Both the position numbers and the translations under genes were made by a program. A stretch of DNA of 61,927 nt, filler included, from Sphacelaria rigidula (Eukaryota), in NCBI GenBank assembly GCA_964200075.2. It is 8 parts of 8 records of this genome, joined end to end, with 100 filler letters (N's around TTAATTAATTAA, not from the genome) between each part and the next. Parts side by side here need not be neighbours in the genome. Positions count along the whole stretch, not along the records: positions 1 to 7,654 come from CAXNAA020013911.1; positions 7,755 to 15,408 come from CAXNAA020013912.1; 6 more parts are not named here. One strand, given 5' to 3'. Under the pieces are notes generated by a model. That model made no database searches and was not told the origin of the DNA. It was given only the letters and a program-made list of their open reading frames with translations. Of the stretch, positions 1 to 13,089 are shown in pieces. Every line of letters starts with the position of its first letter. Position 1 is the first letter of the stretch.

Positions 1-340
1 CCGCACAATGGGGATGATCGTACCACGTAGTGTTTACATGGTGAGACACACCCATGAGGCAGTGTCTAAGCCGTGGCTGTCTCTGGAAGTGGCGATGCCA
101 GAAAATAAAGTAACTCATTGGAGGCTGTCATCCAAATGCAAGATAATAAGTAGGCTTCGGGCGGAACAGTCTTTGTAGAATGCAGCTCATCCTTCATGCG
201 ACGCGCCGAACACACCACGGCGCTTTGCGCTTGGTGATTGACTGCGAGCCTGATCCGGCGAAAGCCCGGCGTGCTCCGTCCCGAATCTGTAGGGATGCGA
301 GGTCAATGGTGTTATGACTATGACATGCATGATCATGAGT
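1..340 (+). mobile_element. Dispersed repeat, probable non-LTR retroelement 3' region (family A)
   Basis: Near-colinear copy at about 6480-6835; reverse fragments at 7755-7872 and about 38850-39000; fragment at 54131-54175. Ends in GGGATGCG(A/T)GGTCAATGG...CATGAGT followed by a C-run. Confidence 0.6.
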
Positions 341-445
341 TGAGTGCTCCGTCTCGAAAGGGATGCGCTCCGTCTCGAAAGGGATGCGTGGTCAATGGTC
401 AAATGACTAAGGCAAGCAACAAATGAGTACGCCCCCTCCCCCAAA
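341..445 (+). mobile_element. LINE 3'-end fragment (family B: CCGTCTCGAAAGGGATGCGTGGTCAATGGTC...GCAAGCAACAAATGAGTACG + C-run)
   Basis: Same terminus at about 5325-5430, 5440-5520 and 55558-55627, and reversed at about 3750-3830 and 7585-7654. It directly follows LINE ORF2 C-terminal coding sequence at 29452-29991. Confidence 0.7.
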
Positions 446-1733
446 CCAGCTCCAACCTGTCACGAAGAAAATGGTCATACCGCGCATGATAGCTGCATCC
501 AGACTTCATGAAACCCCTCACATGGGCAGCATTGGCGAAAGCAACCCCAAGTATGGGGGTTTATAGCTGCTCAGTGTGCTCGGCTTGTGTCATTTTGGTT
601 TATACGTAGATTTTGCGTCCTCAAACCAATCATTTTTCTGAGGAATGCTATCACAGCATCACTGGTGTAGTGAATCGTCACCGGTGACCTGTGGTGTGCA
701 TTCCAGGTAGCCGGAACTTCCCAAGATCCCACGATTATCAGCAGGTTAATGATAGTTAAGATACGTTGAAGGCACGTTGCCCACCTGCCTACATCCCAGG
801 TGTTGAGGGATAAATACGGATAATGAGCTACATAAACGTGTACCGGCGGATGCCCGTGCTCGGTGAGTTATCACGTGTAGAAATAGCCTGCATCCACGAG
901 CCCGCTCCACTCCTCTCCATAAGGATATGGGCGAGTATAGTGAGGCAGGGTCTGGACCACCGTCTCGTAAAATTAGGGGTTGATGCAACCATCCTGTGAC
1001 TTCTGTGATGGAGTCCGCAATTTTGCGCATCCGATCTTCTCGTATTGATGTTCAAAATCGAAACAGTTTTGATTGATTGACGGTCATACACGAAACGTCT
1101 TGGGCATGGATCACGCGTAATACTGTCTAAACATGCCGTCTATCGATGCATTTTTTTTTATCGAGTTTCGCCAAGTACGAGAATACACCTGCTTGAAACA
1201 AGATACCTATCGAGCAGCAACGGAAGTCTAGCAGCCGTTTGTTTTTCGTTTTCATCGCAAGTAAGCTCAGTATCTGATGCCACTTTGCGTGACACAATGT
1301 AAGCATGGTGTGAGAGACGGCCCAGGTCTTCCGGGGTGAATACGGCTTGACTTCGAGTCTCAAGTCCATGCTCATTTTCTTTACGTGATTCTAGTGTCGA
1401 CCTTCAACAAGAAATCCCCCGTCTCTTCCGGCTCACCATTCCAGCGCCCGCCCCGACAAACGCACATACCTTACCCGAACAACGTCAACACCAACAAGCA
1501 AGCACAAAAGACAGCGGAAACCGAGCTGGCGCGACGCCTGGGTGACGCAGCAATACGTGGCACACAATCTACTGCCCGCTCCGGCGGACGCCGTTCAGCC
1601 TTGGTTGGCGGCAGCGTGGTCGGGGACACACGCCGCCACCAAGTACCGTACGCAAACTGATGAATACTGGTCTGGCTGACACATCTTTCCGTAGATAGAT
1701 CCGCCCGTTGTTGGCTTGACTTACGAACCCCCT

Positions 1734-1986
1734 GACTAATGCCGAGATAGCCCCCCCCCACACACAAAGTGCACTGGAGACCGTCCGACAAACCGGCTGC
1801 GATCCCACTGTCGGGCTCGTTTGCAGCAATTTCGCCCACATGAGAGGCGGTAGCAGTCTGAAATCACCTATAACGCCCAAATGAGTCGCGTCGTGCAGCA
1901 CGATACCAGCTCTTACGGCATTTATGATCATCGCCTCCGTGCACGTTTTTGGCCGTTCCGGGGGGGGGGGTATCTCGGCAGCAGTC
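1734..1986. mobile_element. ~250-bp MITE with ~23-bp TIRs (GACTAATGCCGAGATAGCCCCCC...GGGGGG(C)TATCTCGGCAGCAGTC)
   Basis: Terminal inverted repeats; second colinear copy at 25972-26220; 4-bp flanks CCCT/CTCT. Confidence 0.8.
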
Positions 1987-2087
1987 CTCTCCAAGACACT
2001 TCGCTGCGACCCTGACATCGTGCTGGAACTCGCGTCTATCAGTGACAGGCCCCCATACAGATGGACATATACATGTGTAGAAGTCCA

Positions 2088-2200
2088 TTGTACTGTACTG
2101 TACTGTACTGCACTGTACTGCACTGTACCATTCGGTACGACTCGGTGCTATGCTGTTGCTGTCCTGCACTGTACCGTCCTATACTGCTGCCTATACTGTG
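2088..2200. repeat. (TACTG)n/(CACTG)n pentanucleotide microsatellite
   Basis: Tandem TACTG/CACTG units; related degenerate tracts at about 8505-8580 and 56376-56430. Confidence 0.85.
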
Positions 2201-4039
2201 GCCGATATGAGGTAGAAATCGCACCGACCGCACGCCTTTGTTCGAGCGCGTGATCGATTTTGATAGTATATACGTCATTCTCCACACTAACGGCAAGCGA
2301 GCAAAACGAGCTCTTGGTCGTTCGTGAGCCCCAGGCTCTCGAGGATTGGTGGTGACAATGTAGACGTAAACAAGATAAAACAAACGGTGACATTCGCTAT
2401 CGAAGCTCGATCGAGAAAGGCGAAATATGGAAATGAGGCAGCGAGCAAACGTAGCGAAATGAGAAGAAAGGAAAAGGCGAAGGGGAGAGAAAACGGGAGA
2501 GGAAAGGAAAGGAAAGGAAATTAGAGAACAAGGAAACTTTCAGGCTGAGATTTATGCCGACCCTGAGAGAATCCCCCCCGACACATCCCTGCCGTATGGC
2601 TTTAGGAAAAGGACGACGTACGAGGAAAAGTGTTTTATGCAGAGGAAGGGCAAGAATAAGGCATCTCTCAGCGTTGAAGGCGACATATATATATATATAT
2701 ATATATTCGTTAATGCATGCTTTTGTCGAATTTCAGATGTGTATGTATATGTTACCGATAAGCTACTCTGTAGCATTGTCGAACACTGTTCAGCGGCAAC
2801 TATCTCTTTTTCTATAGAGTGAATAGAAGATCTAACAGGTGGTCACGCGACAAGGGTTGAGCTTTGCCTTGGTTGAGGTGGGCGGTGCATGTGCCCTACC
2901 ATTGATCAGCAGCGTCCATATGTAACACCGACACAAACCTCTCCGTGACCCGCGAGAAGATGGAACACCGGTGGGAACCTGTGTTGGTATGGGGTAGAAA
3001 ATGATTGGTTGCGAGTCCCCAGTGAGGATCCCGGGTGGTAAGAAACTTTCCAGTCAACCTTATGGTGCAGTTTCTTTGCATTTTCTACAGCTACAGCCTT
3101 CATTCATGTCCTGCGTCCAGAACTATATACCTGCTTCAGAACACTTGCAACTCTACGCTACGCGTCTCGTTCGACCCCCCCAATGCTGACGCCCTCCCGC
3201 ACCGTCACCGTGGCTGTTTAAGCTCTTCAATAACATACTGAAACTTTCGTCGTGGTCCGGTCGGCAAGCCGGGGCAACCTGTTACAGTAGCAACCATTGA
3301 CGGATCGCATCATCCCGACCTCGGAGAGAGAACGGGTGGGGGACGTCAGAACGAGACTGCCAGACACTGGGGACGAAACGAGGAACTCCAAGCAAATAAT
3401 TGTGGCCGAGTGGCAGCAGTGCCGACACCGCAGACGGCGGCACAGCAGCCGAATTCTTCCTCCACCTGGAAAATACGCATACGTAGACTGGAGCTTTCGT
3501 GGTGGAACTATCGATCTCGCTCGATTGTCCCCGCTCACGGTGAGGACGCTGATACTGCTGCTGCAGAGGTGCGTCGTTGAGAGTCGAGGGCAGCTTGAGT
3601 ATGACATGCTAGGGGTGTGCAGGGCAAGCGACCGTTTGCAGGGGGGAACCAGTATATTTCGGGGATACCCCTCCAAGCGCTTCGAAGACTGCACTGGAAG
3701 TACGATACTGCTTTTGTTGCGAGCACTTGTGATGATTGCGGCGCGCGCGCGGGGGGGGGGGGGAGGGGGGGGCCTAATCATTTGTTGCCTGCCTTAATCG
3801 TTCGACCATTGACCACGCATCCCCTCCGTCGGGGGGGCACTGGTGTTGCAGTGTAAGTGGGAGTTGTGGTATGTTTTGAAGTTCAGACTTTACCGATGAC
3901 TGGGGATCACCTGGGTGGCGATAAAGCAACGGTCTATACAGGAACGGACATCCCTAGAAACGAATTCGGTGTAATCGTGTCGGCGTTTGACGGACTCGTC
4001 GTACATCTGTCCTTCATGTGAACGGTTGGGGTGAGGCGT

Positions 4040-4405
4040 TTGTTGTGTTGTCATCCTATCTATTCTGGACGCCAGTCTACACCTTTCGGTATATATGGGT
4101 ACATCAGCGGGGATCACACAGGAGGGTCATCAAAAACACAGGAGTTTTTTGTTTTTTTATTTTGTTTTGGTACTCCGACTGCCTTCTGCGGTGCTTGTCT
4201 TTTTTTCTTTATGGCGAGAATGATTCAGCGGCCCCTGTCCCTCATCGACCGTGCAGTCGAACTCTGTGTACCCCGACATGGTCGTTCTCCACTGTTGGGC
4301 ATAACGTGAGGAAAAATCCCAAATCGTGTGACTCTACCACTGTTCGACCCCACGTCCCCACCGTCAGAAGGTTTTAAGGTTACCAACTGAGCCACCGGGC
4401 GACGG
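4040..4405 (-). mobile_element. tRNA-derived SINE (~360 bp), full-length copy
   Basis: Minus strand begins CCGGTGGCTCAGTTGG (A box), has a degenerate B box and ends GGATGACAACAC. Homologous to 59670-60031. Confidence 0.75.
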
Positions 4406-4571
4406 TGTTGTGCTTTAGGTACGAACTGGCAGGTTTGGAGGCGTACACAGCACATATAACATATGATGAGTATATACTTGATGCCGTAGAGACACGTTAG
4501 CTGTCTCGATGTGTGTACTGGAGGCTGAGATTTGTGAAATTAAGTTGGATTTGTGGGATTCGTCCTGCAGA

Positions 4572-4795
4572 TTGTGTGTGTGTGTTGTCGTCCCATCTAT
4601 TCTGGACGCCGGGCTACGCCTTTCGGGGTGTGTGGGCGCACCAGCCGGGGTCACACAGGAGGAAGGTCAGTCAGCAGAGGAGCTTTTCTTTTCTTTTCAA
4701 TACCCCACCTTGCTTCTGCGGTGCTTGCCTTTTATTTTTTATCGAGAGAGGGGTTCAGTACTCCTTTTCCCTCGTCGACCGTTGAGTCGAATTTT
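4572..4795 (-). mobile_element. 5'-truncated copy of the same SINE
   Basis: Colinear with the 3' two-thirds of 59670-60031; (CA)n tail. Confidence 0.75.
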
Positions 4796-6479
4796 CAATA
4801 CTACTATCTCCAATCGTATGTGTAAGAGATCGGATTATTTAACCCGAAATATGCCATTGTGCACATCAGTACGGCACGCTCAGCTTACGAAGAGCCCCGG
4901 AACGCAAGAAACCGGAAGCATTATGCACCGTAATTTTCGGTACCGAGGAAGAGAGACCACCTTAATCGCTGTCGTAACTTCCGTTACAGCCCGTGCAATG
5001 ATCTGGATTCGCGGCAACCGGAATGGAAACTGCTCGTACGGAAGGGAAAACTTCCCAATACCGGTTGATCGAAGACAAGCAAACGATTCCCTTGAAGATG
5101 GGTGACAAATGAAAGCATGCTAACGTACGAACTTGCAAGGCAATATATATATATATAAATATATCCGTAAGTGCGATACATGTCCCAAGTAGTTTTCAGT
5201 GTGAGGATGTCCGCAACCCAGGGTCATCATCCAGGCCACGAGCAGCGCGAAGGAGGAGACTCCGGCGCACCTCGAGGCTCGATGTCAGGTGAGAGTCCAG
5301 TCTGTCATTGATACCCATTGTATTGGGAGCAGGAACGGTGGTCCGTCTAGAAAGGGATGCGTGGTCAATGCTCAAACGACTAAGGCAGGCACCTAATGAA
5401 TACGCCCCCACTCCTCTCCTCCCCCCCCCCCTTATTAGGAGTACTCCGTCTCGAAAGGGATGCGTGGTCAATGGTCGAACGACTAAGGCAAGCAACAATG
5501 GGAAGCCCCCCCCCCCCTTCGGGGCACATGTCCATATTCTCAACGTGTCGAGCAATCTCTCTCACGAGACCTACCCTACACTTCATGACCAAGCATCGAA
5601 TCAGCACTCACGTGGAGTCCGTCGACTGCAGATAATTTGTTCCGTGAGATCTCGTTCTCAGGCTTTTGGGATGACGGACACCTAAAAAAAACACACACAA
5701 TCTTCTCTCAGGGTTTCGAACCCACAAAACGTCCCCAACCTACAGTAGTGTTGAAAAAGCAGGGTGATCAACGGCACGCGGCTGATCGACTGCTGGGAAG
5801 GTAGCAGAGGTGTGACCGCGTACCTGCTCCATGTTCTCTGTTCTTCGATTCGTGTTCCGATCAGAGAATTGTCCGTTAGTACTTGCGACAGCGGCGTGGA
5901 CAGCGCGCTGATGAAGTACCAGAGAATGGAGCCGGCCTAGGCGCAAGCCCTAACCCCGTATCCTCAGTTCTAGATGCGCAGCACTTTGTAACCGGAGCAA
6001 ATGTAGGAATACTGTAGTTTCCTTGACGCCACTGTATATGCTCTAGAGGGGGGAGTATATTGTTATGTGTGAAGTACTCCATGACTGCTACTACTGTAGT
6101 ATGTGGATTGGTTGATTGAGTGAGTGATTATCGCGCATTAAGTGGTCACCTAAGAATCCCGTTTTTCTTCTAATTTCTTTTTACACCTCCCCTTTCTCGG
6201 GACGAGTCCGTTCTCTTGAGGAACCAACCCATGTCTCCCCCCGTACGCGCTGGTCCATCGGAAAACCGGCGTGCTCCGTGCTGGCTTTGTAGAGGTGAAC
6301 CCCCCTGTGGGGTTGGCGTCGTTTGGCGATGACGCTGTAAAACACGCCACTCACTGCGTAAGCTAGGCAAAACAGGTTACCGATTTGTTTCCGCGTTTGC
6401 GTTTTTGTTTGCCGTAACCATGATGGTGGTAGTCGAGCTAGATTACGTCGTGCGGGGTGGAAGAACCTCGACTCTGCGC

Positions 6480-6838
6480 AAGGGCATGATCGTTCTACGT
6501 AGTGTTTAAATGTTGAGACACCCATGAGGCAGTGTAAAGGCCGTGGCTGCCTCAGGAAGTGGCGATACCAGAAAGTAAAGCAACTCATTGGAGGATGTCA
6601 TCCAAATGCAAGATAATCAGTACGCTTCGGGCGGAACATTCTTAGCAGGATGCAGCTCACCCTTCATGCGGCTCGCCGAGCACACCACGGCGCTTTGTGC
6701 ATGGCGATTTATTGCGAGCCTGGTCCAGCGAAAAACCGGCGTGCTCCGTTCCGGCTTTGTAGGGATGCGAGATCAATGGCCAGACGAATATGGCATGCAT
6801 GATCATGAGTACCTCCCTCCCCCCCGACTCCCCCTCCC
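6480..6838 (+). mobile_element. Family A dispersed repeat copy
   Basis: Colinear with 1-340; ends CATGAGTACC plus a C-rich tract. Confidence 0.65.
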
Positions 6839-7075
6839 GTACGCGCCTGACATTTTGGTATCGCGGATTGGGTAATGACCGACACTCCCACACCGCGCCG
6901 ACGGCCGTTCAGCAAACTCAGCCAAACAGATTTTCTCTGCTACTCATGTACGTCCCCACGCTTTCAAGAACGAGACAAATGTATAAAAGCAAACTAGACG
7001 CGTCTGGCGGGACTCGAATCCTACTGGTATCAATTGTCCCATGGGACCACGGGGATGCGGCGGAATCAATACCTG

Positions 7076-7148
7076 TACCTCCAACCGGGATTGAACCAGT
7101 AACCTTAGCAACTTCAGTGCTACGCTCTCCCAGCTGAGCTGTAGAAGC
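7076..7148 (-). tRNA. tRNA-Phe(GAA)-like sequence, 73 nt; possibly a pseudogene or SINE head
   Basis: Folds as GCTTCTA-CA-GCTC/AGCTGGGA/GAGC-G-TAGCA/CTGAAGT/TGCTA-AGGTT-ACTGG/TTCAATC/CCGGT-TGGAGGT-A. Anticodon is GAA. C replaces the invariant U8 and the acceptor stem has three G:U pairs. Confidence 0.7.
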
Positions 7149-7654
7149 GCGCTCTGTTATTACAATGTCCGTTCATTATGTCACGCAAACCAGGACAACT
7201 CGATGAACGTTGACGGTCTACGGGAGTGGTCATAATCCAACGATCGATGGTGGGTAAGGTACGAGAGTTCCTCCGAGACGATGGACTCCTCGCGAGCATG
7301 TGAAAATATCAATGTGCGACAAAAATGAGACGAGATCAGCTACGTACGTTCTTCGGTGATTGAATACACAGTTTTCATACCACAATACTCTACCGGTTAG
7401 AGTCAGTAAACGAGCGGTAAAACCTGCAGAGCGCAATCTCCGTAGCTTGTAGAGATGACACTACTATTACTTTCGATATGTAGAGGAATCTACGCAGTAC
7501 GGGGGCTGAATATGAGAGTATTCTGCGATGCAAGACATGATGCCACGCCGTGTATTTGTGTTTGCACAAGAGTCATACTACGATGGGGGGGGGGGGGGGG
7601 ACTCATTTGTTGCTTTCCTTAGTCGGGGGGCCATTGGCCAGCCATCCCTTTTGG

Positions 7655-7754
7655 NNNNNNNNNNNNNNNNNNNNNNNNNNNNNNNNNNNNNNNNNNNNTT
7701 AATTAATTAANNNNNNNNNNNNNNNNNNNNNNNNNNNNNNNNNNNNNNNNNNNN
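7655..7754. other. Artificial contig spacer (44N-TTAATTAATTAA-44N). Identical spacers at 15409-15508, 23163-23262, 30917-31016, 38670-38769, 46423-46522 and 54176-54275
   Basis: Seven identical 100-bp spacers with an all-frame stop linker. Contig lengths between them decrease monotonically from 7654 to 7652. Confidence 0.97.
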
Positions 7755-10700
7755 GAGGTCTACTGCTTTATCTTGCATTTGGATGCCAGCCTACAATGAG
7801 TTGCTTTATTTTCTGGTATTGCCACTTCCAGAGACAGCCACGGCTTACACACCGTCTCATGGGTGTCTCACCTACTCCTGGGGTCGCTTGAAGTTGCCGA
7901 TATAACTCAATCCAAAGTGTGAAACACAATGTTCATGTCGCATGAAAAGTGATCAATTCACCTTCACCAGTGTCAAGCGGGGGGAACCTTTTTTTTTCTA
8001 AATAGCGAAATAGACGCCTCCACGAGAAACGTTGGATGATGGCAAATATCCCAATTTCGCACGGAGGTTACGCACACGCTGTGAATGTAGCAGGGGACCA
8101 CACATCATCGCCCAGGTGGAATGAGTGGACGCGACGACGATCGAGATATGTTGACATATAGACAGGCAGTTTCTCTAGCAAATCGCGCCGGTAACAGTAC
8201 AGTCTGCAACGAGTAATTGCAAAATCTGTGCGACCAAGGGTAAACACCACCATCCCCCCGTGAAACCTGGCCTCCAGTGTCGTGGCAGAGCACCACGCTC
8301 GCGTGACGTCACCGCCAGAGACACGGAAGAGGTTTCCACCATCTAGCGAGCTGAAGCCTTCATAGGAAAGGGTTGCGCTAAAACCCGCCCATGCCGCGGA
8401 TGAAAAGAGTTGGCTGGAGTTGAAAAAAAGGGTCAAAGTTTGCTCCGCACCAGTACATGGACGGTCGGGACTGCCATGTATTGGACAAACAGTAGACCCC
8501 ACCTCAGTACAGCACAGCGCAGCGCAGCTCAGCACAGCACAGTACAGGTAAGTGGGGTGGAGTACAGAGCATTGTACAGTCTGCGACGTGTATGACTTGG
8601 TGCTGAAATACCTCGACCGCAAGAAGAAAACATCATGTACAACAGTATAGTGTGTATATGGCGGTCGGATCAACGCCTAGTTCAATCAACTCCTGCAAGC
8701 CTCGGTAGTGGGTGACGTGTCATTTCGTGGGTTGCGTGGTCCATGCACGAAAAAAACTCCGCTGTTTGTGCCCCTATCGGCAGAAAGGAGTGCAAGTTGG
8801 GCATTTTTCACCCGGGTTCAAACAACCTTCGACGTGGATAAATATGAACGGAGTTGGCATGGACATAGATTTTGACCTACCAGGTTAAAGGGTACAACAG
8901 AATCACGATCGCACGCCGCGACCGTGAGATACAATGAAGAAAAAACAGGCCTCTGTTCCCGTAGGCCGACACAAGGTGAGAACCGCAAGATGGAAGAATT
9001 GGTGTCCATCAACTCACCCGATCACCGTCGTGGACATGCACTCGCGGTAGATGTAGAGGATCTCCGAGGCTCACCCATCAGATACAACATTCAGGCGCCT
9101 GCTAGGAGGCCGGTAGTGGCAGTCCGAACGTCACACACGTTACCAGAATCGATCCCGAGGTAGGAGCTCACCAGTCCTCTCTTGTAGTAATACCCTGCAA
9201 ACGATCAATGCTGAAGATCGCACGCATCTGACTCCTTCCGTCATGTTTCCGGCAATGGTTGTGGCTTTCGAACGAACTGCGTGACGCCTACACTTGTGCA
9301 TAAGAGACGTGCACATGGATCCCCGACTCCGACCCTCGCAATTTGACACAGAGCAGGCAACTGAGACTTTGAACCCAAATGTCGTTGTTTCATGTGCTCC
9401 GGACAGGTAGTGAAGCAACTGCATCACTCGGGCTGACATCCCGTTCGACACCTGCCACATTCGCGGTTGAAAGTAGATGTCGACCGACAGACTTCAAACG
9501 TGCAGTGCCGTTGGAAAATATGTGGTTAATGGCCGGGGACCACAACGGCGACGGAGGCGCAGGGCGGGAGAGGCTGAGTGCCGTGTCCTATGAGAAACCC
9601 AGGGCGATGGCACTGGCCAATGATTCTCAGCTCACAGCGTAAGTAAGTAGGAAGTCGATCGCACACGGAAGGTGCAACCTATGTAGTCTCTCGTACCTGG
9701 GGGTCCCGGCAAAGTACACAACCCGACAAAGTACAAAGTGGGCACCATGCCGCGCGAATGCTGCGACAGAGATGGCAAACAAGTTCTTCAAGAAGTCAAA
9801 CAGACGACTGCCACTGCGCTGGAGAAACTTGCTCCTGTCGCGGAATGCCGAGATGCGGCAGAAAGGGGGGCGAAGGAGCAATCATTTTTCAGAGAGGGCG
9901 CCGGGCGAAACAACGCAAGAGGGCTGTACCTCAAGCACCAACCCCGTGTGACCAGGGCGTATCAGAAGCCACACAGTACTCCAGCCCTTACGGCGGCCGG
10001 CAAAGGGGCCGGGCATGCGCTCGACGGGGGGGTGGTCAGCGGTCCGTAGGCAGTGGCCGCTCTATCGTACTTCCGAATGTCTCAGAAGGAGCTTGGGGAC
10101 AATATCGCCCATTACGTGCTGAGTGAGAAGAACAGGAAGAGCGCAACCGAGCAGGAGGCGTGTATACGATCCTTCCGAAGAATACCAGGAACACACCGAC
10201 GAAGAGCCAAGGCAGAGACTCGGCCATGAAGTCCAACAAAAAGAACAATACGATGTATACGCAGGAGATGCTGACCTGCGAACCCTCACATGTTTATCCC
10301 AAAGTAATCGCAGATGCCGGAAGTGCGGGTGTTCGCGGAACTGCACGCTGAGCTGCGGTTGCCAGACCACTGCTTCCCGCCCCCACCGCCTTCGTGAGCG
10401 ACCGGAGCGAATCCCACTGGTGATACCGGCCGCAAAGATAGCGGTACACGCTGCCGATCTCATGACGTAAGGGGCGGGTCCACCGCGTCACCTGGAAGGT
10501 GCGCGGCGAATGGAGCAAGCAGCGCTTCAGGACCAACCGTTCATATGACTCATGGTGAGGAGCCGCGCTGGCGCGACGGCGGGAGGAGTCTGGAGAAAGG
10601 TGGTACAGGGAGCGTATCCGGTACCAGATCCGATAAGCTGCAGCTGCTGCGACGGTGTACCACATGGGTCCGCGGCCGCGAATCGAAGTATTCAGTCGGG

Positions 10701-11784
10701 ATCTGTATTGATTTGATTGATTTGATTTGATTATCGCACTTCAAGTGACCCCCCAGGGGTCCAGTCGTGGTCTCACGGTAGACGTACCGAAGAAAAATGA
10801 AACTGAAACACGCTCTAAGGAAAAAAAAAAAACAGAACAGAAAGAATAAACATTGGAGATTCAGATTCAAAGTGCAGCGGGTCGGGTAGAGAGGACTCGG
10901 CATCAGAAGCGGGCAAAGACGCGTTTTGGTTTCAGTCTGTTAAGAACTTTGGAGCCATCCTTTGTGGAGATCGATTGCACACAAATATCTGTAGAATTCA
11001 AAATTCTCGTCTCCAGGAAGTGAGTCATTAACCATGCCTCGTCTACATGATGATGATGATTTGCGCATGTGTGTTACACCCTTGGAAGCACAAGTGTACG
11101 GGGAGCGGTCTGGCGACGCCCTTAGGCCAATCGCCGATGGTGCGTGAGGCCAAATATTAGTGTCAAAGGAATGACTCCACGAAAAAAGACAAATCTGACC
11201 CAAACCATGGTACACGAGGCCACCTTTTCGAATACTGTACACTACGCGAACGCACGAGCATCGACGCAGGTCATTGGATGCTATCCATCACGTTCTGACG
11301 GCGAGCGAACTGCCAGGAACCATCCGTATGCATGATCAACGTCCTGCGCTGTGGGGAAAATCGTCGGGTGATGTTCTCAGTTATCCTCTGTGCGACATCC
11401 TTTATATTGAACCATCTGCACGGAACCAGACGGTCGATGTGACTCTTTGTGCTTCCAATCACACATCGGGGCTACTTCCGTGAGGTACTTCTGTAGCCCG
11501 CATCTTACGACAAAAAAACAAAACTGTAGATATGACTTTTCGGTCCTTCTGTGTCGTTCTAGGCCCTCCAAGAGGAACTGGGTGGATGTGGACACAATGG
11601 AATGCCTTGTTCTACTCGTTGACGAAACTTCCACGACACTTGTGTGTTTCCCGGTCGGATTTTGGTTTTGACTGAACTTGCTCTCTTGTCCACGGACGGT
11701 CAGGACTGGCCAATAAAAAGCGGCAGTTCTTTTCTGTACTTGCCTGTTCTTGGACAAAAATGCACCAACAGATCAGCTCCCTGC

Positions 11785-12390
11785 AGCTCGGGCTAGCTCT
11801 TTTTCAGTGGAGCTCCCTCGTGAGCAATGAGAGCTACATGAGCTACGCATGTTTTTCCTGGGTGAGATATGAGAGCTACATTACCCACGCATGATTGCCC
11901 TGCTACCAATCTGTAGCTCATCAGCTCATATTCGCCCCAAGATGAGCTATTAGAGCTACATGAGCTACGCACGTTTGCTCTAGGTGAACTACCAACCCGT
12001 ATCTCATCGGCTCATATTCGCCCTGGGTGAGCTGTGAGAGCTGCGTGAGCTACGCATGTTTGCCCTTGGTGAGGTACCAACCCATAGTGCATGAGCTCAC
12101 GTTCGCCTCGGGTGAGCAATGAGAGCTGCATGAGCTACGCATGTTTGTCCTGGGTGAGCTATGAGAGCTACATGAGCTATACACGTTTGCCCTCGATGAG
12201 CTTTGAGAGCTAGATGAGCTACGTATAAATGCCCTGGGTGAGCTATCGTACGTAGCTCATCCGCGCATGTTTGCCCTGGATAAGCCATGAGAGCAACATC
12301 AGCTACGCATGTTCGCCCTGGTTGAGCTATGAGAGCCACATGAGCTACACACGTTTGCCCTGGTTGAGCTATGAGAGCTACGGGAGCTGC
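11785..12390. repeat. ~42-bp minisatellite (consensus about TGGGTGAGCTATGAGAGCTACATGAGCTACGCATGTTTGCCC), block 1
   Basis: Tandem degenerate units rich in GAGCT; the 14-aa periodicity is visible in ORF 12097-12435. Confidence 0.9.
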
Positions 12391-12699
12391 GCCGATTTCG
12401 GAGTTGTTTCTGTTCCGATGCTCAGGCACGGTCATACGTGAAACCGGTTACACGTGTACACACCTGTGTTCCGTTCGGTGCAGCGATGGGTTTGCTTTTT
12501 GTAAACATCAACATGACCGCATCAAAAGCCATCCGCACTGTAGCCACCACACCCACACCCAACCCGCCCAACATGGCGACCGCCGGGCGAAGCACTTCTA
12601 GCGGCGCTTCACTCTGAGATGATGCCGTGGATCTGGATCCTTCGCAACAGGCGATCGCCGTGGAGGAAGAAATGTACGCACAAACAATATCTGATTGTC

Positions 12700-12895
12700 C
12701 AACCTCTTGACCGCGAGGGTAGATGATCGGTTGAATCGGCATCATTCACACCGAAAAATAATATGAATTATGCCAATTCAGCAGATCGTTCACCCTCGCG
12801 GCGAGCATAGGTCATCAGTTGACTCGGCATCAGTTTCACTTGAAAAAAGTATGCATGTCCAGACGGACTCGTACCCTCGCGGCCAAGCGGTCAAA
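12700..12895. mobile_element. Degenerate copies of the ~100-bp piggyBac-like MITE
   Basis: AACCTCTTGACCGCGAGG...GAATCGGCATC...CACTTGAAAAAAGTATGCATG core matches the units at 47464-48089. Confidence 0.6.
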
Positions 12896-13089
12896 ATAAA
12901 TGAGTTGATCGATTATCAAACACATCGAATATCGCTGTGATTATGCTTTGAACCATCGGCCATGCGAACGACGATTTGTGTTGAGTTCTTCTCCTCCCAC
13001 TGCGAAGAGCGAGGCAGAACACCACAACCTGATGATATGTTACGTCATTCGTTCGATGAGGAACGTAACATCATGAGCGACACCGGGTT

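Noticed and set aside
7699-7710. TTAATTAATTAA as a biological motif recurring every ~7.75 kb
   Set aside because: Synthetic linker centred in N-runs.
9700-11480. GC-rich overlapping ORFs and an HTDG motif suggestive of decayed retroelement or transposase
   Set aside because: Too degenerate to assign a family by eye.
12097-12435. ORF with 14-aa repeats as a repeat protein
   Set aside because: Translation of a 42-bp minisatellite; neighbouring units carry stops and indels.
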